64,000 nucleotides of DNA, taken from NCBI GenBank assembly GCA_038871515.1, contig JAVZHX010000001.1:288001-352000 (forward strand), in the 5' to 3' direction. Positions within the stretch are counted from its first letter, which is position 1, and the number at the start of each line of letters is the position of its first letter. This document shows positions 29,287-39,117 of the stretch, piece after piece. Both the position numbers and the translations under genes were made by a program. Under the pieces are notes generated by a model that ran no database searches, was not told where the DNA came from, and saw only the letters and a list, made by a program, of their open reading frames with translations. This DNA is from Candidatus Micrarchaeia archaeon. Its GTDB lineage: Archaea; Micrarchaeota; Micrarchaeia; Burarchaeales; Fermentimicrarchaeaceae.

Positions 29287-29717
29287 TGGATGTTTTGGTA
29301 ATTGCTGGAAGCAGCAGCGATAAAAAAATAGCTGATGATGCGGTGGCAGTTCTGAATGAGTTTGGAGTGAGCTGTGAGTTTCATGTTGCTTCAGCTCACC
29401 GCAACCCAGCTGAAGTTGAAAGAATAGTGAAAAACAGCAATGCAAAAGTGATTATTGCAATTGCGGGTTTATCAGCAGCCCTTCCCGGTTTTATTGCTTC
29501 AAGAGTTACTGTTCCTGTGATTGGAGTTCCGGTAAATGTTAAACTTGATGGGCTTGATGCGCTTCTCAGCACAATGCAGATGCCAACAGGAGTGCCTGTT
29601 GCATGCGTTTCAATAGATAATGGAAAGAATGCAGCACTGCTGGCAGTTGAAATTCTTGCGCTGAGCAATGTAAAGTTAAAGGAAAAATTGGTGAAGTTCA
29701 GAGAGAGTCAAAAATAA
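29283..29717 (+). CDS. purE: N5-CAIR mutase
   Basis: [27 protein letters not shown]. Confidence 0.95.
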   Translation: MMDVLVIAGSSSDKKIADDAVAVLNEFGVSCEFHVASAHRNPAEVERIVKNSNAKVIIAIAGLSAALPGFIASRVTVPVIGVPVNVKLDGLDALLSTMQMPTGVPVACVSIDNGKNAALLAVEILALSNVKLKEKLVKFRESQK

Positions 29718-30888
29718 GCTTAGCTATCTCTGATTTTTTTCCTTTTATTTTTTTAACAAATCCATCCGGCTTTAGCAAAAGAACTTCGTTGAACTCGCTT
29801 GCAAAACCAACTCCTCTTTTCCCAACATCGTTTGCGACAATCATATCCGCGTCTGCCTGCTTTAACTTTCTCAAAGCAGCTTCCCTCAACTCCCTCTCAG
29901 TTAAACCGCTCTCTGCTTTGAAAAGGATAAGCTTCACTTTTCTGTTAACTTTTTTCACCCTGTCACTTATCTTAACAGTTGGGCGGAGGGCAAGCTTAAA
30001 TGGCTTCAGCGAGCGTATCTTACCTCTTCTTCTGTCTGGCACAAAATCTGAGGGTGCTCCTGCAAGAACTACAATCTCGCTGTTTTTCAGGTTATTCATC
30101 ACTGCGTCATGCATTTCCTTTGTTGACTCAGCATAAATTCGTTTTATATAATTTGGAATTTCAACGTCAACATGCCCATGAACAAGCAACACATCCGCTC
30201 CTCTGAAGTACGCTTCCCTCGCTATCTCAACTCCCATCCTCCCGCTGCTTGGGTTTGAGATGAAGCGGGTGTCATCAATATACTCCCGAGTTGCACCAGC
30301 AGTTACAATTACTTTTTTTCCAGAAAGAGTTTTCTTGTACATCCTTCTTATTGCACAAGCAGTTATTTCATCAACATCTGCCATCTTCGCTTTTCCCTCA
30401 CTGAGCTTCGCTTCAACAAACTCAACCCCAAAAGACTTCAATTTTTTTATATTTTCTTTAACAGCTGGGTTTTCATATAGTGATAGATGCATTGCCGGTG
30501 CGATTATTATTGGTATTCCGCTTCCTAACGCTGTTGTCAGAACTGTTGTCACTGGCGTATCATCAATCCCATTTGCAAGCTTTCCTATCGTGTCTGCAGT
30601 TGCAGGAGCGAGGATCACAAGCTCAACTCCCTCTTTTCCACACAGCTTCAGATGCTCAGCTTTGCCTGTCAGTTTTGTTACAACTGGCTTGCCAGTAGCC
30701 CACTGCATAAGCTCCGGGCGTATTATTTTTGTTGCTGCGTCACTCATGACAGGAAAAACTTCCGCTCCATGCCTAATGAGCTTCCTCGCCAACTCCTGCG
30801 ATTTTACGGCAGCAACGCTACCGCAGATGCACAACGCAATTCTCTTTCCTTCAAGCTCCCTTCCCTCGCTTCCCTCTATCTCTCTCAT
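29698..30888 (-). CDS. coaBC: Phosphopantothenoylcysteine decarboxylase/ligase
   Basis: [43 protein letters not shown]. Confidence 0.94.
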   Translation of the reverse strand: MREIEGSEGRELEGKRIALCICGSVAAVKSQELARKLIRHGAEVFPVMSDAATKIIRPELMQWATGKPVVTKLTGKAEHLKLCGKEGVELVILAPATADTIGKLANGIDDTPVTTVLTTALGSGIPIIIAPAMHLSLYENPAVKENIKKLKSFGVEFVEAKLSEGKAKMADVDEITACAIRRMYKKTLSGKKVIVTAGATREYIDDTRFISNPSSGRMGVEIAREAYFRGADVLLVHGHVDVEIPNYIKRIYAESTKEMHDAVMNNLKNSEIVVLAGAPSDFVPDRRRGKIRSLKPFKLALRPTVKISDRVKKVNRKVKLILFKAESGLTERELREAALRKLKQADADMIVANDVGKRGVGFASEFNEVLLLKPDGFVKKIKGKKSEIAKLIFDSL

Positions 30889-30892
30889 CCCC

Positions 30893-32620
30893 TCATCTCT
30901 GCTTTCTCACAAGCTGAACAACGTTTAGAAATATCGCCAGAAGCAAGCACAGCACAAGGAATAAAGCAAGCTCAGTTGGGTATTTCTCAACTTTCTGAAC
31001 TTCCTCAGAGACACCTGTTTCCTCCTCAGGGCTTTCAAAAAGCTCCATTATTTTCACCGCATCCTCATCAAGCGAATCCGCATAGATTGCAAGGAGAACT
31101 GCTGATGACTGGCTTCCCCCTCTCTGCATGCTTACTTTATAAAGATACTCTGCATGGTTTCCATAAAGCGCAGCCCACAACCCCCTCCACTCCCTTTGTT
31201 TCAGTAGTTGGTCAGTTAACGAAGCATTCTCGCCCTCAACCATCTTTATTGCGCTTAACAAGTATTCTGAATCAAAAACTGCAGCAACAAATGAACCATT
31301 ATCAAACTCTGTTTTTGCAGCTTCAAAACGCCAGCCAGCATCGCCAAAATCGCTCCCTCCATATGATTCAAGCTTCTGCGCAGCTTCCTTTATTTTACCA
31401 GATGCAAATCCCTTCAGCTTGCTTTCATTCACAGGTGTCCCACCAATTCTATATGCAACAGCAAACATTTCATGCGAGGCATTGCACCAGCTTTCTGCAG
31501 TTAAAAGTTCTTTAAAAATGAAAAGAAGCGACTCATCATCAGTCAGGTTGCTCACAACCACCTCCCCAAGCTTCTTCTTTGCCCATGCAAGCCTCTCCTC
31601 CCCTCCAGCAACCCACTCAAAATTCTCATAAGTCATTTTTGGTTTAACTGCAGTTTGAATGCATTCTTCAACTTCTTTAACGCGTGCTTTCAACCCACCT
31701 GCCGTTATATCGCTTTCCTTAAGAAAATTCAGATTTATCCCTGCAAGAAAAGCCGAGTTTGCTCCAGCGTAAATGAAATTCGCATTCTCCGCTTCCTCCG
31801 CTCCCTCCAAATCGCTTTCTATCGCAGTTAAAAAGTAGGAAAACTCAGTTCTATTCTGTTTCCTAACCTCCTCAAGCGCGCTCCTGCCGTAGTTTATTAT
31901 TCTTCTTGCAAGCTTCTGAAACTCCTCAAGGTTGCAGTTGGAACAAGAGACACTAGTTGGAGTTAGGTTCACCCTCTCCTTTGGTTTTACCTCCATAACA
32001 TTGCTTTCCAGAGTTGTATTTGGTGAGCTGAAAGCAACCTGCATTGCGCTCTGCACATTTTCAACTTCAATTATTGTAATATTCCATTTTCTATCAAGTA
32101 TGCTGAGCACCATCTTGTCAAACATATCATAGTTTTTCGGAATGAGTATTACTTTCATTCCACCAAGCACAGCCGCTCTTGTTTTCTTACCAACCTCTCC
32201 AACTTCGCCAACAGAGCCGTCCTGTTCAATTGTTCCAGTTGCAGTTAAATCCTGCCTAAGCGTTTTATTCTCAAGTATTGAAAGCATAAGCAGCGTCATT
32301 GCAAGCCCTCCGCTTGGGCCGTCAACTGATTTTGCAGTTCCATAATCGTGCAGGCGCACAAGCACATCGTAGTTTTTTGTATTAACTCCTGCAAGCTTCC
32401 CTGCAACTTTGAAAGCAGTTCTAGCTGATGTTTGAGTTTGAGCGCCAACAAGAGGGCTGGTTGCAACGTAAACAATTCCCTCTCCCTCCCTTATTTCAAC
32501 TTCAATATGAACCAGCTCTCCTCCCTCCAGCAGAACGACAGCTGGCACTGGCATGGAAGCTGTTTTCGCATCTACTATTAGAGCAAAAAGCAGAACTGCC
32601 ATTATGAACTTTTTTTTCAT
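30893..32620 (-). CDS. Secreted, membrane-anchored Lon-like (S16) serine protease without ATPase domain
   Basis: Signal peptide, VDGPSGG (Ser), TGTI..DGSVGEVGEVGKK (Lys), helical C-half, C-terminal TM. Confidence 0.82.
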   Translation of the reverse strand: MKKKFIMAVLLFALIVDAKTASMPVPAVVLLEGGELVHIEVEIREGEGIVYVATSPLVGAQTQTSARTAFKVAGKLAGVNTKNYDVLVRLHDYGTAKSVDGPSGGLAMTLLMLSILENKTLRQDLTATGTIEQDGSVGEVGEVGKKTRAAVLGGMKVILIPKNYDMFDKMVLSILDRKWNITIIEVENVQSAMQVAFSSPNTTLESNVMEVKPKERVNLTPTSVSCSNCNLEEFQKLARRIINYGRSALEEVRKQNRTEFSYFLTAIESDLEGAEEAENANFIYAGANSAFLAGINLNFLKESDITAGGLKARVKEVEECIQTAVKPKMTYENFEWVAGGEERLAWAKKKLGEVVVSNLTDDESLLFIFKELLTAESWCNASHEMFAVAYRIGGTPVNESKLKGFASGKIKEAAQKLESYGGSDFGDAGWRFEAAKTEFDNGSFVAAVFDSEYLLSAIKMVEGENASLTDQLLKQREWRGLWAALYGNHAEYLYKVSMQRGGSQSSAVLLAIYADSLDEDAVKIMELFESPEEETGVSEEVQKVEKYPTELALFLVLCLLLAIFLNVVQLVRKQR

Positions 32621-32634
32621 TTTCCTCCCTTCAA

Positions 32635-32707
32635 TGCGGCCGCCGGGATTTGAACCCGGCTCGCGAGCTTGGCAAGCTCGAGTCCTACCAGGCTAGACTA
32701 CAGCCGC
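32635..32707 (-). tRNA. tRNA-Gly(GCC)
   Basis: Reverse-complement cloverleaf; CGAGC-TTGCCAA-GCTCG. Confidence 0.95.
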
Positions 32708-32713
32708 AACAGA

Positions 32714-32787
32714 TGCCGTGAGCCGGATTTGAACCGGCAACACTCTGGTCTTCAGCCAGATGCTCTCCCAGGTTGAGCTATCACGGC
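32714..32787 (-). tRNA. tRNA-Phe(GAA)
   Basis: Reverse-complement cloverleaf; TCTGG-CTGAAGA-CCAGA. Confidence 0.95.
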
Positions 32788-32835
32788 GCAAGAGTATTTT
32801 TGGCAAGTGAGTTTAATAACCTTTTTTGTAGCTTT

Positions 32836-33279
32836 TCAAACAATATGGCTGAAATCCTCCTTCACAACGTTAAGGACGAAGTGTGTATTTGTTCTTTCAA
32901 CATTTTTCAAGCTGAGCAGATGCTTCACAAACTTGTTCAGCTGCTCTCTGTTTTTGAATTTTGCAACAACAACTGCATCGCACTCGCCAGTCACATCATA
33001 AACGGCAACCACATGAGGAAGCTTCGCAATTTCCTCCTCCGCAGCAACAAGCTTCCCTTTTCTTGCAAACACCTCAATAACTGCAGTTAGCTCATACCCA
33101 AGCTTCTCATAGTTAAATGAAACGGAGTAGCCCTCTATCACTCCCATCCTCTCCAGCCCTCTCACTCTCTGGATGACAGTTGAGGTTGATACCCCAAGTT
33201 TTTTGGCAAGCTCTCTGAAAGAGATTCTTGAATCCTTGCTGAGCTCCCGTATTATTCTCTCATTCAAAACATCAAACAT
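32836..33279 (-). CDS. Lrp/AsnC family transcriptional regulator
   Basis: HTH DSRISFRELAKKLGVS, VTGECD RAM domain. Confidence 0.93.
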   Translation of the reverse strand: MFDVLNERIIRELSKDSRISFRELAKKLGVSTSTVIQRVRGLERMGVIEGYSVSFNYEKLGYELTAVIEVFARKGKLVAAEEEIAKLPHVVAVYDVTGECDAVVVAKFKNREQLNKFVKHLLSLKNVERTNTHFVLNVVKEDFSHIV

Positions 33280-33414
33280 CTGTTCACCTCCATGTGTTTT
33301 TTATCATTTATTTTGAATAAACGTATTTTAAAATGTATTATTTTAGAATGTTTGTTTTATTTTTTTATAAAAGAACAAAATTATATATTTCTTGCTTGTT
33401 TTAACAATACGCTT
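33280..33414. promoter_or_regulatory. AT-rich divergent lrp/glnA promoter region with repeated motif
   Basis: TATTTT..AAT-like motifs at 33309, 33324 and 33339 (15-nt period). Confidence 0.5.
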
Positions 33415-34767
33415 ATGGGAGGAGAACAGCTAAGTGAGGAGGAGTTAAAAGGAAAAATACTGAAGGATGCGAAGGAGAATGGTTTGAAGTTTGTGAGCTT
33501 GCAGTTTGTTGATATATTCGGCAATGCGAAGAACTGCGAGATAACAGTGAACAAGCTTGAGGATGTGCTTCACTCCGGCTTGTGGTTTGACGGCTCCTCA
33601 GTTGAGGGGTTTGTGAGAATTCATGAAAGCGATATGCTGCTCAAACCAGATTTGAAAACATTCACTTTCCTCCCTTGGACAGAGAATAAGGTTGCGAGGA
33701 TGATATGCGATGTCTACACCGTGGAGGAGAAGCCTTTTGAAGGAGACCCAAGAGGAAACTTGAAGAGAGTTTTGATGAAGCTTAAGAGGGAGGGGTTTGA
33801 GTATAAAGTTGGCCCAGAGCTTGAGTTCTTTCTTTTCAAGATGACGGACGGCCCGACTCCAACTCACGAGCCACATGATGAGGGGGGATACTGGGATTTG
33901 AGCCCGTTGGATTTGGCAGTGGATGCTAAAAGAGAAGTTATTGTTAATTTGGATGCGATGGGGTTGGGGATAGAGAGGGGAACACATGAAGTTGCACCTG
34001 GACAGCACGAGATATGTTTTAGATATGGGGATGCGCTCATGATAGCTGATAACGTTCTTACGTATAAAAATACAGTCAAAATAATTGCGAAGAAGTATGG
34101 TTTGCTTGCATCCTTCATGCCCAAACCAATTTTTGGGGTGAATGGCTCTGGGATGCACACCCACCAGAGTTTATGGAAAAATGGAAGCAATGCATTCTTT
34201 GACGTGAATGATGAATATAACCTATCAAAAACTGCACGTCATTTCATAGCCGGACAGCTTCATCATGCAAGAGCGCTTGCTGCGGTTGTTGCGCCCACTG
34301 TTAACTCATATAAGCGTCTCGTGCCCGGCTACGAAGCGCCTGTTTACATTTGCTGGGCGAGAATTAACAGGTCTGCTTTGATAAGGGTACCAAAAGAGGT
34401 GAAGGGGAAGGGCGATGCGAGCAGAATAGAGCTTCGCTGCCCTGACCCATCATGCAACCCATACCTTGCATTCGCTGCAATGCTGTGGACTGGTTTTGAT
34501 GGGGTGAGAAGGAGGATGATTCCTCCTCCACCCGTTGAGGAGAATGTTTACCATTTTGATGATAAGAAGCTGGAAAAAATGTACATAAAAATGCTCCCCG
34601 CATCACTCAACGAAGCAACTGATGAGCTTGAGAAGAGCGGTGTAATTAAAGAAGCATTAGGCGAATATATTTTCAAAAAGCTTATTGAGATTCAGAGAAA
34701 GCAGTGGGAAGCATACAGAGTTCAGGTTACTCCCTGGGAGATAGAGAGATACCTTCCAATTCTGTAG
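33415..34767 (+). CDS. glnA: Glutamine synthetase type I
   Basis: FDGSSVEGF, HEVAPGQHEI, FMPKP..G.NGSGMH, RLVPGYEAP; start reassigned to 33415. Confidence 0.96.
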   Translation: MGGEQLSEEELKGKILKDAKENGLKFVSLQFVDIFGNAKNCEITVNKLEDVLHSGLWFDGSSVEGFVRIHESDMLLKPDLKTFTFLPWTENKVARMICDVYTVEEKPFEGDPRGNLKRVLMKLKREGFEYKVGPELEFFLFKMTDGPTPTHEPHDEGGYWDLSPLDLAVDAKREVIVNLDAMGLGIERGTHEVAPGQHEICFRYGDALMIADNVLTYKNTVKIIAKKYGLLASFMPKPIFGVNGSGMHTHQSLWKNGSNAFFDVNDEYNLSKTARHFIAGQLHHARALAAVVAPTVNSYKRLVPGYEAPVYICWARINRSALIRVPKEVKGKGDASRIELRCPDPSCNPYLAFAAMLWTGFDGVRRRMIPPPPVEENVYHFDDKKLEKMYIKMLPASLNEATDELEKSGVIKEALGEYIFKKLIEIQRKQWEAYRVQVTPWEIERYLPIL

Positions 34768-34839
34768 TGGGCCCGCCCGGGATCGAACCGGGAGTTTTCA
34801 CCGTGTAAGGGTGACGTCTTACCATTCGACCACAGGCCC
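34768..34839 (-). tRNA. tRNA-Val(TAC)
   Basis: Reverse-complement cloverleaf; TCACC-CTTACAC-GGTGA. Confidence 0.93.
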
Positions 34840-34875
34840 TTAATTTACTTAATTTAAGCTGGATAGTTTAATAAA

Positions 34876-36276
34876 TTAGGCAACTTCCTTTCCATCCCCT
34901 TTCTCAATCTTCCCTCCATACTCGCTCATCCCTGCCCTCCACCACGAGCCATAGCTTTCGCTCACCTGCTCCTCAACTGTTTTTCCTCTTTTTATAGCTG
35001 CCTCAACGTGCTTCTTTTCAATAAACTCACTTCCTTCAATAGAAGCCAAATCGCCAGCAAGCTTTATTATCCCAGAAATGCTTCTCAAACGAAGAGTTAA
35101 ACCAGATGCATCATCAATCAGCTTCGCCCTTTTTCTTGCTTCCTCAATAATTGCAAGGATTGCATCCGCGTTTGCATGCGGTATTCTCCCATCCTTCACA
35201 ACTTCCTGTGCGATGAACTGCACCATCTTCATTCTGTTCTGCTCATTATCCTCCATATATGTTCTGAGAAGCACCTCATAACCATTCCCAGATATTCTTG
35301 AGCGGAGAGGAGGAAGCAGCGAAGACAAATCATTAATATTCAAAGCAGCAACAAGTATGAAATCGCACGGGACATCATCTACCCTCACAGAAGCACCTGT
35401 GCTTGACGCGTTCCTCCCAGTTATTGGAAACTTCTTCTCCTGCATTGCGGTTAGTATATAACGCTGCAGGTAACCCAAATTTGCAATCTCATCTATGAAA
35501 AGCACTCCCTCATGCGCTTCATGAATTGCGCCTGGTATCACCCTCATGTAGGGAAGCACCCCAACCTCCGGATGCCCTCCATACGGGTCGTGGCGTATAT
35601 CCCCAAGCAGCTCTGTTTCAGACGCACCTGTTGCTTGTATGAATGTGTTTCTTTTAAGCGGAACAATTACTTTTCTTGGCCTCATTTCAGAGTCAGCAAC
35701 TTTTGTAAGTGACTTCTGATCATAAACCCTTACCTTATCCCCATCCGCCCTTTCATAAACAACCATCTCCTCGCTTCCATCACGGCACTTCCTTATCGTG
35801 TAAACTCTTCCGTTTGTTTTCAGTTTGCTTGAAATCAAATCATCAAACGGAGTCAAACCCTTAATCTGCTTATCAGCACCGCATTTCGGACAGGAGTATG
35901 GGTTTGTGCTTAGGCTTCCGCAAACGCTGCACGCGCAGCCAAGTTTCTCAGCAACATGGCGCGGTATTTGTGACAGAGGAACCAGCTTTCCCTCATTCCT
36001 TCCGGAGGTTGGCTTGAAATGCCTCACCTCAAGAATCGGCCTTTCAGGGTTGGAGAAGTTGTGCAACACCGCAATTTCCTCCTTTGGCGGTGGGATAAGG
36101 CGGGCAAGCGACTGGGCGATAAGGCTCTTCCCAGTTCCAGGCGGCCCAACAAGAAGCAGGTTTCTTCTCTGCTTTGCAGCTATCCTCGCTGCCTCAACTG
36201 CGCTGTTCTGCCCAATAATCATCTCAAGTGGATCCTTAGGCAGAGCAACTTCCCTTGTGCTCTCCGGCAGGTCCAT
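34876..36276 (-). CDS. LonB-like AAA+ ATPase lacking protease domain, with Zn ribbon
   Basis: GPPGTGKS, CSVC..CPKC where LonB has TMs, GDIRHDP, LFIDEI; no Ser-Lys protease domain. Confidence 0.85.
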   Translation of the reverse strand: MDLPESTREVALPKDPLEMIIGQNSAVEAARIAAKQRRNLLLVGPPGTGKSLIAQSLARLIPPPKEEIAVLHNFSNPERPILEVRHFKPTSGRNEGKLVPLSQIPRHVAEKLGCACSVCGSLSTNPYSCPKCGADKQIKGLTPFDDLISSKLKTNGRVYTIRKCRDGSEEMVVYERADGDKVRVYDQKSLTKVADSEMRPRKVIVPLKRNTFIQATGASETELLGDIRHDPYGGHPEVGVLPYMRVIPGAIHEAHEGVLFIDEIANLGYLQRYILTAMQEKKFPITGRNASSTGASVRVDDVPCDFILVAALNINDLSSLLPPLRSRISGNGYEVLLRTYMEDNEQNRMKMVQFIAQEVVKDGRIPHANADAILAIIEEARKRAKLIDDASGLTLRLRSISGIIKLAGDLASIEGSEFIEKKHVEAAIKRGKTVEEQVSESYGSWWRAGMSEYGGKIEKGDGKEVA

Positions 36277-36330
36277 GAAGTTATTTAGATGTTACAATTT
36301 TATAATCGTTTTGAGGGAAAAAATAAAAAA

Positions 36331-37533
36331 TTAGAACTTTGTTGAGATGAGCATCTCCTCCGGCTTTCTGAATATGTTGCCAAGCTTCACCCCGAGAAGC
36401 ACTTTCACTCCCTTGCTTTCAGCCAAATCAACAAGCCGCTGGGTTACTATTCCATCGAGCACAACTGCGTAAACTGGGGGTGACTCTGTAAGTGTTTTAA
36501 TCAAATCCCTCACTGGAACCTCATACTTTAAATTAAGTTGCTCATCATACACCCTTGCCCTTAACGTATTTTCAAGCTCGTTTAAACTTGCCTGTAAAAT
36601 TTGGGGTGGTTCCACATCAGTTCCAATTTTTGTTATCTCTGATAAAACGTCTGGCTGGGCTTTTTCCTCAACTGGTTTCGCATATGGAATTTCCTCTGCT
36701 TTCACCCTTGCGTTCTCAACCTGCTCAATTGGAACCTTGCTTCTCAAGCACTTTATTATCTCCTTCCTTGTCAGCTCCTCCACTTCCTTTCCTGGAGGCG
36801 CCCTTGCTATGTAATCTATTTCAGCAACTTGGGAAAGCTCCTTCAGTATTATATCCCCTCCCCTGTCCCCATCAAGGAAAACAGTCACTTCCTTCTCCCT
36901 GCACAAGGAAGCAAGCGACTTTGGAACGTTTGCTCCTCCGACTGCAATCACATTGTTTATATCATTTTTAAGCAGGTTTATCACATCAGCTCTCCCCTCA
37001 ACAATTATTATTGAGTCATACGAGTTGATGTTTGGACCACTCGGAAGCTTCTCAGGCCCATACTCAGAAACCTCTGCTGTTTTCACCTCCTGTCTCACAA
37101 GCTCAGAAATCTCTTTGCTTTCCGGTATTTCTGTTGTGAGCAGCGTTTTCAGCAATGCTTTTGCCCTGTCTATCACAACTTTTCTCTTCGTATTTCTCGT
37201 ATCCTCAATCTTCTCAACAGCAACCCTTGCTTCACAGGGACCTACTCTGTCAACTGTTTCAAGCGCAGCTGCAAGAATGCTTGTCTCCACCATATCCAAA
37301 GAAGAGGGAAGTATTATCCTTCCAACGCTCTTCCCTCCTCTAACCTGCAGCTCAACCTCAATTCTCCCTATCCTCCCGTTTTTTTGCAGCTCCCTCAAAT
37401 CAAGCTCGTCTCCGAGCAACCCTTCCGTCTGTCCAAAGATTGCACCTACTACGTCTGGCTTCTCAACAAGCCCATTTATCTCTATACTTGCGTACACAAC
37501 ATACTTCACGGTGTCAATATACATTTTCGCCAT
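36331..37533 (-). CDS. dnaG: Archaeal DnaG (exosome-associated)
   Basis: DVVGAIFGQTEGLLG, IIVEGRADV, DGDRGG. Confidence 0.95.
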   Translation of the reverse strand: MAKMYIDTVKYVVYASIEINGLVEKPDVVGAIFGQTEGLLGDELDLRELQKNGRIGRIEVELQVRGGKSVGRIILPSSLDMVETSILAAALETVDRVGPCEARVAVEKIEDTRNTKRKVVIDRAKALLKTLLTTEIPESKEISELVRQEVKTAEVSEYGPEKLPSGPNINSYDSIIIVEGRADVINLLKNDINNVIAVGGANVPKSLASLCREKEVTVFLDGDRGGDIILKELSQVAEIDYIARAPPGKEVEELTRKEIIKCLRSKVPIEQVENARVKAEEIPYAKPVEEKAQPDVLSEITKIGTDVEPPQILQASLNELENTLRARVYDEQLNLKYEVPVRDLIKTLTESPPVYAVVLDGIVTQRLVDLAESKGVKVLLGVKLGNIFRKPEEMLISTKF

Positions 37534-37950
37534 TCAATCACCTATTTTCTCTCTAAACTCCTCCAGTTTCCTATCAATCTCCTCAAAGTTCCGCAACCCA
37601 AGTATGTATTGAAGCTTCCTCCTCATCTCCGTATTTGGAAGGACATTGTGCGCTCGCAACTCCTCCTCAACTCTTGAGCATAGCTCCTCCCCAGTTCTAT
37701 CAAAGTCAGTGAGTATCACCGCTTTATCTGCAACTTTTGAAACTCTCTCGCAAACCCTGTCAGGAGACATATTTATCACCATTATTCTGTTTTTCACTCC
37801 TATGCGTTCCAGTGCTTCCTTATCTCTCTTTCCCTCCACGAGAACAACTGCCTCGCTCTCCGCAAGCTCTGTCAGAGCTGTGCTCAACAGCTTCATTTTC
37901 CTCTGCATCTTCTTTGCGAGCAGAGGAGTTGCTTTCTTCACTTCAATCAC
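37534..37950 (-). CDS. Small Toprim-domain protein
   Basis: VLVEGKRD, ILTDFDRTGE. Confidence 0.87.
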   Translation of the reverse strand: MIEVKKATPLLAKKMQRKMKLLSTALTELAESEAVVLVEGKRDKEALERIGVKNRIMVINMSPDRVCERVSKVADKAVILTDFDRTGEELCSRVEEELRAHNVLPNTEMRRKLQYILGLRNFEEIDRKLEEFREKIGD

Positions 37951-37985
37951 TCGCGTTGCAGAAGGTGTGAAGAGAATAAGAGTAG

Positions 37986-38050
37986 TGTACTGTGCAATGT
38001 TGACTGAATTTCATAGATCGGCTTTCTCCATCAGCCATCCTTTGCACAGC
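37986..38050 (-). ncRNA. Candidate structured RNA (H/ACA-like hairpin or structured 5' leader)
   Basis: 8-bp CUGUGCAA/UUGCACAG stem, internal loop, GGCUGA/UCAGUC stem, followed by U-ACA; TATA box at 38073-38080. Confidence 0.4.
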
Positions 38051-38082
38051 AGTTATATTTTGACTGAACTGCTATATAAACA

Positions 38083-38628
38083 TTAAACTGACTCCTCTTC
38101 AATGCACTCCTCGCAAACTAACTTGCCCCCGCTCTTTGTGAGCGTCTCAGAGTAGTTCCCGCATACCTCACAATGCCCCGAGGAAATTTCCACAGATGAA
38201 CTTTCTATGTGCGCTCTCTCGTGCATTATGTCATAAAGGCCAGGTGATATTTTGATTATGTCAGTTTCACCGATTATGCCAATCAACCTGCCTTTTTCAT
38301 TCACCACTGGCAATCTCTTTATTCCCTCATCCCTGAGAATTTCTGCAGCTCTTTGAACTGTTTCATTTGGACTGATTGTTTTCAGTTTGGAGTGCATTAC
38401 CTCCTTCATGAGAGTCTTTCTGGGGTCTCTCCCCTCAGCAACCACGCTGCGAGTTATATCCCCTTCTGTAACTATTCCAACTGGGACTTCATCTCTCACT
38501 ATGATAACTGAACCTATCTTATGATCTCTCATAAGCTTCGCTGCCTCCATAACGGTGTTGCTTTCCGCGAGGGTTACAACCCCTCTTGTCATACAATCTC
38601 CTACTCTTATCTCTTTTACCTTCATCAA
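38083..38628 (-). CDS. CBS-pair protein with C-terminal Zn ribbon
   Basis: Two CBS repeats (GIVTEGD, IKRLPVV); CEVC...CEEC. Confidence 0.9.
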   Translation of the reverse strand: MMKVKEIRVGDCMTRGVVTLAESNTVMEAAKLMRDHKIGSVIIVRDEVPVGIVTEGDITRSVVAEGRDPRKTLMKEVMHSKLKTISPNETVQRAAEILRDEGIKRLPVVNEKGRLIGIIGETDIIKISPGLYDIMHERAHIESSSVEISSGHCEVCGNYSETLTKSGGKLVCEECIEEESV

Positions 38629-38689
38629 TTATTTTTTGAATGAACAATTTTATAAAACTTCTTAGAATACCCTTAACAGGTGTTTTTGA

Positions 38690-39070
38690 GTGCTCAGGTA
38701 TGCGAAGGGTGCAAGAAGCGAAAGGGAGCTGATTAATTTATTTTCTGAGAGAGGTTACTCTGTAATAAGGGCTGCTGGAAGTGGAGTTAGTTCCCTCTGC
38801 CCAGACATACTTGTTTTCAAAGGGGGCAAGCAGTATGGGTTTGAGTGCAAAGCATGGGAATCAAGTAGTTTGAGCATAGAGAAAGAAAAAATAAAAGCAT
38901 TGAAGGAGTGGGAGAGAAACACTGGGATAACAACATTTATTGCATGGAGAATAGGGTGGGTGGGCTGGAGGTTTATTTACCTTGATGAGCTTGAGGAGAA
39001 GGATAAAAACTACACAATAACAATGAAGAAAGCTATGATGATAAACAGAGGAATTGAGGAGCTGTGCTGA
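38690..39070 (+). CDS. hjc: Holliday junction resolvase Hjc
   Basis: KGARSERE, RAAGSG, PDI, FECK. Confidence 0.9.
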   Translation: MLRYAKGARSERELINLFSERGYSVIRAAGSGVSSLCPDILVFKGGKQYGFECKAWESSSLSIEKEKIKALKEWERNTGITTFIAWRIGWVGWRFIYLDELEEKDKNYTITMKKAMMINRGIEELC

Positions 39071-39117
39071 GGGATATGTTTTTTAACCACTAAACAGAAT
39101 ATTTATGGGGGTGTTGC

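Noticed and set aside
33292..33414. N-terminal 41-aa extension of glnA
   Set aside because: AT-rich promoter sequence; not GlnA-like
30893..36276. Lon protease-only and Lon ATPase-only genes as halves of one split Lon
   Set aside because: The protease has a signal peptide and C-terminal anchor (outside the cell) while the ATPase is cytoplasmic, and they are separated by unrelated genes
38000..38040. Fluoride riboswitch-like GGCUGAUGGAG...AGCC on the minus strand
   Set aside because: Lacks the downstream UGAUGAC/UAAUGAC-plus-pseudoknot element, and no fluoride-related gene follows
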